A DNA stretch of 61,884 nucleotides, counting the filler, from Planctomycetota bacterium (GTDB taxonomy: Bacteria; Planctomycetota; Planctomycetia; JALXBF01), in NCBI GenBank assembly GCA_026991575.1. It is 5 parts of 5 records of this genome, joined end to end, with 100 filler letters (N's around TTAATTAATTAA, not from the genome) between each part and the next. Parts side by side here need not be neighbours in the genome. Positions count along the whole stretch, not along the records: positions 1 to 17,518 come from JALXBF010000103.1; 4 more parts are not named here. One strand, 5' to 3'. Below the pieces are notes generated by a model. It saw only the letters and a program-made list of their open reading frames with translations. It did not search any database and was not told where the DNA came from. Shown here piece by piece: positions 1 to 8,656 of this stretch (the stretch's first letter is position 1; every line of letters starts with the position of its first letter). Position numbers and translations under genes: made by a program.

Positions 1-111
1 TAGAATCACGCTGGCGCGTTTGGCCTTGACAGCGTTCCCTCTGGCACGTTTCATTGAACGGAGTCGCCTTCGCTCAGGCGGGGCCAAGCGACGAACACGA
101 ACTCTGTCCAT
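1..111 (-). CDS. IS630-family transposase, N-terminal fragment (runs off window start)
   Basis: Not in ORF track. ATG at 111 (minus) follows GGAGG and translates MDRVRVRRLAPPERRRLRSMKRARGNAVKAKRASVIL, resembling IS630 transposase N-termini (RVRxL..E...L.......RA..IL). Confidence 0.6.
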   Translation of the reverse strand, partial: MDRVRVRRLAPPERRRLRSMKRARGNAVKAKRASVIL

Positions 112-248
112 CCTTGGAGCCTCCACGCTTTCTCCCTTTGACACCCACTGTGGAGGCTCCTTTTTACGTCATAACCTCCGTGTCCCGCAAGCGCGGTTGC
201 CCGCTGCCCCGCCCCGCGAGGGAAACTTCTCGTGTTGAAACGGCACTA
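1..248 (-). mobile_element. Left end of an IS630-family insertion sequence
   Basis: Minus strand reads C-TA-GTGCCGTTTCAAC at 249-234 (TA target inside CTAG, typical of IS630), then an inverted repeat (116-126/150-160) covering the SD, then the transposase start. Confidence 0.5.
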
Positions 249-635
249 GCGCAGCACCTCAGGGATCCGTTGCACGTTGCCGTTGCGGTCCACGCAGGCC
301 AGCGTCGTGTCACCCTCGGCAAGCAGCTCGTCGCCTCGGTACAGCTCGTAATGATGGTCGATGCGCGCAGCCGTTGCGCGCGTAACCGTTGTGCGCAACC
401 GCAACAGGTCATCGTAGCGTGCCGGTTTCACGTAGCGTATCCGGGCTTTGACCACCACCAGCAGGTAGCCGGCCTCTTCCAGGTCGCGGTAGCTGAGGCC
501 ACGCGCACGGAGCAGCTCAACCCGGCCCATCTCAAAGTAGACCAGGTAGTTCGCGTGGTGGACGAAGCCCATCTGGTCCGTTTCTGCATAGCGGACGCGG
601 AATTCGATTTCACCGGAGATGGTCTCGGGCTCCAT
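246..635 (-). CDS. Acyl-CoA thioesterase, YbgC/FadM (4HBT hotdog) family
   Basis: [26 protein letters not shown] signature. Confidence 0.9.
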   Translation of the reverse strand: MEPETISGEIEFRVRYAETDQMGFVHHANYLVYFEMGRVELLRARGLSYRDLEEAGYLLVVVKARIRYVKPARYDDLLRLRTTVTRATAARIDHHYELYRGDELLAEGDTTLACVDRNGNVQRIPEVLR

Positions 636-970
636 AGCTTCCTCCTCGTACGCCGAAGCGTCGCGAATACCCCGCCGCGCGGCGGCACGTCGCGGCGCAG
701 CGAACCGGGCCGCGGATCGGCCTATCCGTTTACCGTTTGCCAGGCCCGTAACCGTGCATGGTACTGCGCCCGACTCCGGCCCCGTGAGCTGTCGCTCTTA
801 GTATTCCATGGAACGGGGTTCGGAGGTGCTTGCCCTAGGCCGTGGTGGGCATGCATGAAGCGGGCGAGCCGAGTCGACGGTGATCGGGCCGGACGGGAAC
901 GATCGGCTGTCTGCAGCGGTCGGCGGACGGTGTGGTTGGCGACTCGTTCAGCCACGCGATAGGAGCAGCC

Positions 971-2863
971 ATGTCGCAGCTTGTGTACCACTTTGACATC
1001 GTCGTGGTCGGTGCCGGGCATGCTGGCTGCGAAGCCGCTCTGGCTGCAGCCAGGCTAGGGTTCCGTACCGCGCTGCTGACCATGAATCTGGACACGGTCG
1101 CTCAGATGAGTTGCAACCCGGCCATCGGCGGGATAGCGAAAGGACAGCTTGTGCGCGAAATCGACGCGTTGGGCGGCGAGATGGCTCGGGTCATCGATGC
1201 CACGGGCATCCAGTTCCGTTTGTTGAATCGCCGCAAAGGGCCAGCGATGTGGAGCCCGCGGGCGCAGGCGGACAAGAAGGCATATCAGTTCGAGATGAAG
1301 TACCGGGTGGAGAGTGAACCGAACCTGGTTCTCCGCCAGGAGATCGTCGAGGAGATCCTTGTCGAGTGGCTCACGGCCGACCCGGACCAGCCGCTTCCTG
1401 CCGGCAGCTACGCGGCTCGGGTTACTGGCGTCCGCTGTCGGGGCGACACGATCTACCGTGCTCGCGCGGTGGTCCTGACAACGGGCACGTTCATGCAAGC
1501 GCTCATGCATACCGGCGAGGCGAAAACGCCCGGCGGACGAGCCGGCGAGGGCACGACGGCAGGCCTGTCACGGTGCCTCCGCCGGCTGGGCTTCGAACTG
1601 GCCAGATTCAAGACCGGGACGCCCCCTCGACTGAACGGCCGCACGATCGATTTTGCACGGCTTGAACCGCAGCACGGCGATCCGGAACCGCAGCCGTTCT
1701 CTTTCAGCACCGACCGGATCACGCAGCCGCAGCTGCCGTGTTATGTCACGTACACAACCCCCCGCGTGCACGAGATCATCCGCGCGAACCTACACCGGGC
1801 CCCGATGTACTCGGGCCAGATCAAGAGCCGTGGACCACGGTACTGTCCATCGATTGAGGACAAGGTGGTGCGGTTCGCGGATAAGGACCGGCACCTGATC
1901 TTCCTGGAGCCAGAGGGGCGGCGCACCGCCGAGTACTACTGCAACGGGATTTCGACCAGCCTCCCGAAGGACGTACAACAGGAGATCATCCGCCTGATTC
2001 CCGGTCTGGAACGGGCTGAGGTGATGCGCTTCGGCTATGCGGTCGAATATGACTACGCGCCGCCCACGCAGTTGTATGCCACGCTGGAGACCAAGCGTGT
2101 GGAGGGCCTGTACTTTGCGGGCCAGATCAACGGCACAACCGGCTATGAGGAAGCCGCTGCTCAGGGTTTGATGGCCGGGATCAATGCGGCACTGAAACTC
2201 CGTGGCGATGAGCCACTGGTGCTGGAGCGATCGCAAGCGTACATCGGGGTCTTGATCGACGATCTGGTTACCAGGGGCACGGATGAGCCATATCGGATGT
2301 TCACCTCACGGGCCGAGTATCGGCTGTTGCTGCGGCAGGACAACGCCGATCGTCGGCTGACGCCGTTGGGGCGGAAGATCGGGCTGGTGCGCGATGAGGA
2401 CTGGCGGAGGCTGCAGCGCAAGGAGGAAGAGATTGCTCGGCTGCAGCGCTACCTGGACAGTCACCGGCACGAGGGGACGTTGTTGAGCCACTGGTTGCGG
2501 CGGCCCGACGTGGACTGGAACGTGCTGCTGCGGCTCCATCCTCCCCTTGCCGAGTTGGCCGTGTCGCCAGCAGCGATCGAGCAGGTGGTGTTGGAGACGA
2601 AGTATGCTGGCTATATCGAACGTGAGCTGATTCAGGTCGAGCGGCTGCGGCGTCAGGAAGAGCGGCGGATCCCGGACGGTTTTGATTACGACGCGATTCC
2701 GACGCTTCGCTTTGAAGCCCGCGAGAAATTCAAGCGGGTGCGGCCTCGGACGCTGGGCCAGGCGCTGCGGATCCCCGGCATTACCCCGGCTGACATCGCC
2801 GTACTCATGCTCCGTCTGGATGGCGGTTCGCGCCGTCGGGAGGCACATCAGGAATCCGCCTGA
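971..2863 (+). CDS. mnmG: tRNA uridine-5-carboxymethylaminomethyl modification enzyme MnmG (GidA)
   Basis: [32 protein letters not shown] and [18 protein letters not shown] motifs; AGGAG at 961-965 before ATG 971. Confidence 0.97.
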   Translation: MSQLVYHFDIVVVGAGHAGCEAALAAARLGFRTALLTMNLDTVAQMSCNPAIGGIAKGQLVREIDALGGEMARVIDATGIQFRLLNRRKGPAMWSPRAQADKKAYQFEMKYRVESEPNLVLRQEIVEEILVEWLTADPDQPLPAGSYAARVTGVRCRGDTIYRARAVVLTTGTFMQALMHTGEAKTPGGRAGEGTTAGLSRCLRRLGFELARFKTGTPPRLNGRTIDFARLEPQHGDPEPQPFSFSTDRITQPQLPCYVTYTTPRVHEIIRANLHRAPMYSGQIKSRGPRYCPSIEDKVVRFADKDRHLIFLEPEGRRTAEYYCNGISTSLPKDVQQEIIRLIPGLERAEVMRFGYAVEYDYAPPTQLYATLETKRVEGLYFAGQINGTTGYEEAAAQGLMAGINAALKLRGDEPLVLERSQAYIGVLIDDLVTRGTDEPYRMFTSRAEYRLLLRQDNADRRLTPLGRKIGLVRDEDWRRLQRKEEEIARLQRYLDSHRHEGTLLSHWLRRPDVDWNVLLRLHPPLAELAVSPAAIEQVVLETKYAGYIERELIQVERLRRQEERRIPDGFDYDAIPTLRFEAREKFKRVRPRTLGQALRIPGITPADIAVLMLRLDGGSRRREAHQESA

Positions 2864-2934
2864 GCTGTTGCGTCGGCAGCGCGCCCGGGGGGGAGAGGGG
2901 GATCGGAGCGGCCAGGACAGGAGGCTCGACCGGA

Positions 2935-3576
2935 TCAGGCGGACGTCGCCTTGGTGCGTCTAGAGCGGCGCCTGCGCGTGCCGGTGCGGGCTGTGGTCAC
3001 CGCCGGCGCCTCCACGTCGACCAGCTTGCAAATCCGGGCCACCAGTTCCTCGATGTCGAACGGCTTCGCCAGGAAATCATTGGCACCAGCCTTCTTCAGC
3101 TCGCCCACCTTGCGCCGCTCGACCATGCCGCTTATGCAGAGGATCTTGACCCCCTTGAGCTTTTCGTCGCTACGCAACCGCCGGCACACTTCCTTGCCGT
3201 TGATGTCTGGCAGCATCACGTCGAGGACAACGACGTGGGGTTGGAAATCACGGACCAGCATGCCCGCGTCGAAGCCGGTGCTGGCCGACCGTACCAGAAA
3301 TCGCCCGTCACGTTCGAGGACTTCGGTGATCAGTTCCAGCAGGTCGGTGTCGTCATCGACGACGAGCACCTTGATCCGCCCCTCCTCCTCCAGCGCATCC
3401 ATCGGGATATTGTGCTCCTTCATGAAGCGGATCAGTTCCTCACGGGGGATGCGGCGGAAGCGGGAGCCGGGCACGCGGAAGCCGCGGAGTTGGCCGGAGT
3501 CAAAGCAGCGGATGATCGTCTGCTGGCTGACCTTGCAAATCCTTGCAGCCTCACCGGTGGTGTAGACTTCTTTCAT
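2935..3576 (-). CDS. Response regulator with N-terminal excisionase-like HTH and C-terminal receiver domain
   Basis: YTTGEAARICKVSQQTIIRCFD HTH; VLVVDDD...VVLDVMLP...FLAKPF receiver; GGGAG upstream of ATG 3576. Confidence 0.9.
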   Translation of the reverse strand: MKEVYTTGEAARICKVSQQTIIRCFDSGQLRGFRVPGSRFRRIPREELIRFMKEHNIPMDALEEEGRIKVLVVDDDTDLLELITEVLERDGRFLVRSASTGFDAGMLVRDFQPHVVVLDVMLPDINGKEVCRRLRSDEKLKGVKILCISGMVERRKVGELKKAGANDFLAKPFDIEELVARICKLVDVEAPAVTTARTGTRRRRSRRTKATSA

Positions 3577-3921
3577 GGCTCCCATCCACGAGCGGTCCTG
3601 TCAGTGGGGGAACCTCCCCCGGCCAGGTGGTCCAGACACGGCACGGTCCGGTCAGATCTGCCCAAATCCGACACAGGCCGATTCTAGAAACCGCCCCTCT
3701 TGCTGTCAAGCTCGGCTTTGCCCAGGATAACCTGCTTCTGCATCTTGCCCAGTTGCCGAGCTGGTGTGCTCCGGCCCCAGCGGCCCTCGCGGACAAGCTC
3801 GTCGCGTCACGAGCCCTTCACCGACGCTACGATGAAAGGGGACATCGCCTCACGAGGGTCGCTGTCGGCATTGCCCCGAGCCGGGCGGACCGGCGCGGGA
3901 AGCAGAGAGGAGTGGCGATGC

Positions 3922-5232
3922 ATGAGCGAACCACATCATTCACCGCGTCCGCGGACGCAAGGACAAGCGATCGATGAACTGGCGCTGGCTCGCCTCCTGG
4001 TGGAACGCAAGCTTATCACCAAGGAGGACGCCGAGCGTTGTCTAAAGTTGGTCCGTGAGGACCCGAACGCTTCAGGTAACGGCGCTGCGGCGTTGCTCCG
4101 CATACTGCACCGCGAGAAGCTGCTCTCAGCCAGCCACGTGCAACGACTGGCCAAAGAACTGCTCGACAAGCCAGTGGGCGTGCCGCGGAAACTGCCCGGC
4201 TACGAACTGCTCGAACTAATCGGCCGCGGCTCAATGGGCGTCGTCTTCAAGGCACGCCAGCTCAGCATGGACCGCATCGTCGCCGTCAAGATCCTGCGCC
4301 GCGAACTGGCCTCGAACCGGGAGTTCATCGAGCGGTTCCACCGCGAAGCGAAAATCGCCGCCAAGCTGTCGCACAACAACATCGTCCAGGCGATCGACTC
4401 CGGCGAGTACCAGGGTTACCACTACTTCGTCATGGAGTACGTGGATGGAACGAACATCAAGGCCGAACTGGATTCGGGCAAGGTGTACAGCGAAAAGGAG
4501 GCCCTGGAAATCATCCTTCAGGTTGCCCATGCCCTCGCACACGCTCACAGCCGCGGTCTGGTGCACCGCGACATCAAACCGGAAAACATCATGCTCACCC
4601 GCGAACGCGTGCCCAAGCTCGCCGACCTCGGTCTAGCCCGCCTCAGCCACGGTGACCCGATGGCACAGGCCGAGAAAGGCATCGCCATCGGTACGCCCTA
4701 CTACATCTCGCCCGAACAGATCCGCGGCCAGGTCGACATCGACATCCGGGCCGACATCTACGCGCTGGGCGCGACGCTGTACCACATGGTCACCGGCCGA
4801 GTCCCCTTCCCCGGTACGAACCCGGTGGAAGTCATGAAGAAACACCTGCACCAGCCCCTCGTCCCCCCTGACCACATCAACCAGAACCTCTCCAGCGGAC
4901 TGGGCGAGGTGGTTGAGAAGGCTATGGCCAAGCGACGGGAGGACCGCTACCAGAGTCCGCAGGAACTGATCACCGACCTAGAACGATTGCTTGCCGGACA
5001 GCCCCCGTTGCTGGCGCGGGAGCAGTACAACGTGACCGCTCTGGCAGAGCTCGAGCAACAGGGCGTGGCCGTTGACGAAGCTACCGTACCCAATGGGGCC
5101 GCCACTGCCCGTCGGCTCGCCCGACTGCAGCAGCTCGAGCAGCAGCTAACCTTCTGGCGCACGCTTGCCCTGCTCGCCGGTGCCCTCTTCCTGGGCTCGC
5201 TGCTGCTGAACATCCTCCTGCTGCTCCGGTAG
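3922..5232 (+). CDS. Hanks-type Ser/Thr protein kinase with C-terminal TM helix
   Basis: IGRGSMGVV, VAVK, HRDIKPEN, DLG, GTPYYISPE; hydrophobic C-terminus; GAGGAG before ATG 3922 (upstream in-frame starts exist). Confidence 0.93.
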   Translation: MSEPHHSPRPRTQGQAIDELALARLLVERKLITKEDAERCLKLVREDPNASGNGAAALLRILHREKLLSASHVQRLAKELLDKPVGVPRKLPGYELLELIGRGSMGVVFKARQLSMDRIVAVKILRRELASNREFIERFHREAKIAAKLSHNNIVQAIDSGEYQGYHYFVMEYVDGTNIKAELDSGKVYSEKEALEIILQVAHALAHAHSRGLVHRDIKPENIMLTRERVPKLADLGLARLSHGDPMAQAEKGIAIGTPYYISPEQIRGQVDIDIRADIYALGATLYHMVTGRVPFPGTNPVEVMKKHLHQPLVPPDHINQNLSSGLGEVVEKAMAKRREDRYQSPQELITDLERLLAGQPPLLAREQYNVTALAELEQQGVAVDEATVPNGAATARRLARLQQLEQQLTFWRTLALLAGALFLGSLLLNILLLLR

Positions 5233-5243
5233 CGAATGGACTA

Positions 5244-5281
5244 TCGCATTTTGCAACACCTGCGTAGCGGAATGAAACAGT
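5244..5281 (+). promoter_or_regulatory. Putative enhancer-binding-protein UAS, tandem boxes (copy 1)
   Basis: GCATTTTGCAACACC (5246-5260) and TGAAACA (5273-5279), 21 bp apart; matched by the boxes at 42502-42537. Confidence 0.55.
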
Positions 5282-5355
5282 TGGCCACTAGCAGGAGCCA
5301 GCGATTTTTTCCGTAACGCTTTTACGTTGCAGTGCTTAAGAAAATTGCCCTTTTT

Positions 5356-5371
5356 TGGCACGAGGATTGCA
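5356..5371 (+). promoter_or_regulatory. Sigma-54 (-24/-12) promoter
   Basis: TGGCACG-AGGA-TTGCA, exact TGGCACG-N4-TTGCW consensus in an intergenic region. Confidence 0.85.
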
Positions 5372-5381
5372 GTAGCCTTCT

Positions 5382-5455
5382 AGTGCCGCGGAACCCAGCG
5401 ACAGCGACCCCATGCCGCTCAGGCCCGTGCCCCCTCCACGGGCCTGAGTTTTTTT
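5382..5455 (+). ncRNA. Candidate sigma-54-dependent small RNA, copy 1 (~74 nt)
   Basis: Begins 12 nt after the -12 GC; near-identical to 42308-42380 (minus); ends in a terminator hairpin plus T7. Confidence 0.7.
5418..5455 (+). terminator. Intrinsic terminator
   Basis: CTCAGGCCCGTG-CCCCCTC-CACGGGCCTGAG (12-bp stem) followed by TTTTTTT. Confidence 0.85.
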
Positions 5456-5594
5456 ACCCCTCCAACTCCCCGTGCCCTAACCCGCCTGTCCAGATCCCAG
5501 CCGCGGTCGACCTTCACGGCAGCCAGCCGGCTTGCTACGCTGCGACACGATCGATCCGCCCATGTTGCCGAGGAGAGCCGTCCTGGAGGTTGCC

Positions 5595-6998
5595 GTGCAG
5601 GAAACACGACGTGCTCTGGCACGCCGCGGGCTGCTGCTAGGCACTGCCCTAGGGTTGCTTGCGGCCCTCTACCTGGGCATCGTGCCGAAGCTTCCCGACA
5701 GCTCACCACTGCGCCGCTACCTGGCAAACCACCCGATCGAGCAGTGGACGGTGGCGTTGTTCCTGATCGGCGTCGCGATGCTCGTTGATCGTGCCCTCCA
5801 GACGTTCAGCGAACGAAAAGCCCTGCGTTGGCTGCGTCGCAACGGCGTCGGGTCGGACCGTGGCAGCAACGGCCTCGTTGAGCAGGTGCGTCGCGGATTA
5901 CCGCCGTCGGTTGCCCGGTCGCTGGCCGGCAGACGGGCCGCCGAATTGCTGCGGGCCGACGGTAGCCCGCGTGCCCGCGACGAGTACCTGGAACTCGTAC
6001 GCGACCTGGCCGAGCTGGATGCCCAGGCGCTGGAGCGACGTGGTACGGGACTAAGGTTCATCACCTGGGCGATCCCCATCTTCGGCTTCCTCGGCACCGT
6101 GCTCGGCATCACCGCAGCCATCGCGCACGTCACCCCCGAGCAGCTGCAGCGATCCCTGAGCGAAGTGACCGGTGGCCTTGCGGTCGCGTTCGACACGACC
6201 GCCTTGGCGCTGGCCCTGTCCGTGGTGCTGATGGCAGGCAACTTCGCGGTGGACCGTTTCGAACGCGCGACCCTGGCCGAAGCGGACGGCTTTGCCCGTT
6301 TCCAGCTCGCAGGTCTTCTTAGTGATCCACGTGGTTCAGACCCGGTCGTGCACCGAGTCGAACAGGTGACTGCTGCCGTGATGGAGGCGACCCAGAGGGC
6401 CTGGGACCAACAGCGACAAGCCTGGAGCGAGACGGTCCAGCACGTTGCCGAGGCCCAGGTGCGCATGCTCCAAGAGGCTGTCAGCCGCACTCTCGAACAG
6501 CTTCGCCTGCACGCCGTCCGCCAGCAGGAGCAGTGGGGGCAAGCTGTGGAGGCCGGTTGCAACCAGCTCGGCGCGCAGATCGCTCAGGCCACCAACGCGC
6601 TGAGCAGCCAGCTTCAGCGCACGGCCCAGTCGCTTGCCGACGCGTTGCACGGTGCGACGCAACAGAGCCAGCAGCAGCTTGGCCTGCTCCATGATGCGCT
6701 GGCTGCTCATGCCGAGCGGCTCAACAGCTACATCGGCCAGCTACAGGCTGCCGGCGCAACGGCGCGTGACGTGATGCAACGGCTCGAGCAGGTGGCGCGC
6801 AGCTTCGTGGCGATGACCGACAAGGCCGAACAGCTCTCCCAGCTCCAGCGTACGCTGGCCCAAAACATCGAGTTCCTGGTCCAGAGTGGCAAGCTCGACG
6901 AGACGCTCAACACGCTCACGGCCGCCGTGCATCTGCTGACGGCCCGGACCGCTTCGACCGGCATCGGGCCGGGCACACCGCACAGGGAGGCAGCTTGA
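5595..6998 (+). CDS. MotA/TolQ/ExbB proton-channel family protein with long C-terminal helical tail
   Basis: ITWAIPIFGFLGTVLGIT...GGLAVAFDTTALAL channel motifs; Gln/Ala-rich tail. Start GTG 5595 after GGAGG (alternative ATG 5562). Confidence 0.85.
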   Translation: MQETRRALARRGLLLGTALGLLAALYLGIVPKLPDSSPLRRYLANHPIEQWTVALFLIGVAMLVDRALQTFSERKALRWLRRNGVGSDRGSNGLVEQVRRGLPPSVARSLAGRRAAELLRADGSPRARDEYLELVRDLAELDAQALERRGTGLRFITWAIPIFGFLGTVLGITAAIAHVTPEQLQRSLSEVTGGLAVAFDTTALALALSVVLMAGNFAVDRFERATLAEADGFARFQLAGLLSDPRGSDPVVHRVEQVTAAVMEATQRAWDQQRQAWSETVQHVAEAQVRMLQEAVSRTLEQLRLHAVRQQEQWGQAVEAGCNQLGAQIAQATNALSSQLQRTAQSLADALHGATQQSQQQLGLLHDALAAHAERLNSYIGQLQAAGATARDVMQRLEQVARSFVAMTDKAEQLSQLQRTLAQNIEFLVQSGKLDETLNTLTAAVHLLTARTASTGIGPGTPHREAA

Positions 6999-8653
6999 GG
7001 CGGAGACGGCCCGCGTACCACAACCACTCGGAAGCGGGTATCCCGCTGTTCCCCGTGCTGACCGTTCTGCTGGCCGCGGTCGGCGTGCTCTGTTTCTTGC
7101 TGCTGGTTGTGCTTCGGCAGGCAATGCTCTCGGCCCGCGCCGACGACCGCAGCCGGACGCTCAAGATACGTGCCGCTGAGCTTGACCGGCAGCTTCAAGC
7201 TGTCCTGAGCGAAACCGACCGGCTGTGCCAGCAAGAGGCAGCGTTGCACACGCGGCTGGAGGCACTTGCCAACAGAGTGCGTCAGTTAGAGCGTGCGATC
7301 AGGGCCGATCGGCAACAGATCCTGCGCCGCCACAACCTGCTCGCACAGCTCGATCGGGAAGCCACGCAGCTGCAGAAGCGGATCGGCCGCCTGACGGCTC
7401 AGCTTGACGCTGCCCAACCACCGCCCCCCTCACCCCCTCAGGCCTCCACCGCGCCAGAGATGCAATGGAAGGTGGTCCTTGCTGAAAGCCCACATGGAGC
7501 CTCCTACAGCCCGATCTTCCTGGAGTGCCTGGACGATGCGGTTGTGTTTCAGCCGTACGGGCTGGCACTGTCCCCGGTGGACTTCAAGCCGGACTCGCAC
7601 GGTACGTCCACGTTTCAGCGGACGGTCCATCGACTAGTCGAAAGGATGGAACGATCCGCGGGGGCGCGAGCGTACCCGGTGCTAATCGTGCGGCCCGCCG
7701 GACTGCATGCCTTTTACGTGGCGGCGGACCAGCTTGCACGTGCCGGCATTCGCTTCGGCTACGAGCTGGTCGACGCAGACCAGAAGCTGACGTTCGAGCA
7801 GCTACCCGGTCTTCCGGCCGAGACGCTGCAGGAGCTGATAGCCGCCGCACGTGCCGGCTCCGGCCCGGCTCTGCCCGGGCTAGCAGGCATTAACCTGCTG
7901 GCGGGCGACGCAAACGGCAGCCTCGGACCAGACCAACTGGAAAAGCATCCGGTGCCACCGGGGTCCGCAACGCCGAACAGTCCTGCCTCGGTGTCACAGC
8001 CGCCCTTGCCAGCTGGCCAGTCGCGTCCGTCACCTGGCAGCGTCGCGGACCGCCGGACAGCTGGCCAGGGCAGTGAGCCGGCCGGCGGTGCCGGACCACG
8101 ACACCGCCAGGGGGCACTTCTGGTTGCCGAGCTGTTGCCGCAGCCTCGACTTCGGGTTCCCCGGGTGCCGGGGGCGGGCCGTAGCACGGCCATGGCCAAT
8201 GCTGGCGGGGTCCGACCACGTCGCGATCTGCTCAGCGTCGCGCCGGCGCGAACCGGCGTGTGGGAACGACCGGTCCATGCGTTTCTAGACGACCAACAGG
8301 TGCTGCTGCCTGGCGAGCCGCCGCTTGGCTGGCCACCGTCACGGTCGTCCGCAGAGATTGCTTCCTACGTTCTCTGGTCTGCCATGAACCACGCTCGCCT
8401 GGACCGTACCGCCAGGATGCTGGTCTTGGAAGTCCGCCCCGTGCTGCTGGTGCACGTGAGCCCAGGCGGCGTGGAACGCTACTGGGCGCTGCGGTTTCAG
8501 CTAGCCCGCGCCGGCGTCCGCACCGTGTTCCTACCGGTCGGCGCGTGGGTCGCCGCCGAACTGCGGACCGCTCTGGGCGAACGCATTCCGGTGCCGCATT
8601 GGGAGCTGCCGGTGACGGAGCAGGCCGTGCGGCAGAGGTCTTCAGGGGGTTAA
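6995..8653 (+). CDS. Single-TM coiled-coil protein, ExbD/TolR-like partner lacking the TM Asp
   Basis: Overlaps the upstream stop; N-terminal TM PLFPVLTVLLAAVGVLCFLLLVV, coiled coil, then YPVLIVRPAG...FGYELV domain, repeated degenerately at the C-terminus (PVLLVHVSPGG). Confidence 0.6.
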   Translation: MRRRRPAYHNHSEAGIPLFPVLTVLLAAVGVLCFLLLVVLRQAMLSARADDRSRTLKIRAAELDRQLQAVLSETDRLCQQEAALHTRLEALANRVRQLERAIRADRQQILRRHNLLAQLDREATQLQKRIGRLTAQLDAAQPPPPSPPQASTAPEMQWKVVLAESPHGASYSPIFLECLDDAVVFQPYGLALSPVDFKPDSHGTSTFQRTVHRLVERMERSAGARAYPVLIVRPAGLHAFYVAADQLARAGIRFGYELVDADQKLTFEQLPGLPAETLQELIAAARAGSGPALPGLAGINLLAGDANGSLGPDQLEKHPVPPGSATPNSPASVSQPPLPAGQSRPSPGSVADRRTAGQGSEPAGGAGPRHRQGALLVAELLPQPRLRVPRVPGAGRSTAMANAGGVRPRRDLLSVAPARTGVWERPVHAFLDDQQVLLPGEPPLGWPPSRSSAEIASYVLWSAMNHARLDRTARMLVLEVRPVLLVHVSPGGVERYWALRFQLARAGVRTVFLPVGAWVAAELRTALGERIPVPHWELPVTEQAVRQRSSGG

Positions 8654-8656
8654 GCG

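Noticed and set aside
5380..5388. CTAGTGCCG at the start of sRNA copy 1 equals the IS630 end at 241-249, suggesting a MITE
   Set aside because: Only 9 nt; copy 2 reads AAGTGCCG with no TA; no inverted counterpart at the 3' end; boundaries fit promoter and terminator instead.
5412..5447. Mini-ORF MPLRPVPPPRA inside sRNA copy 1
   Set aside because: A 2-nt indel in copy 2 changes the frame, and there is no SD; not a conserved leader peptide.
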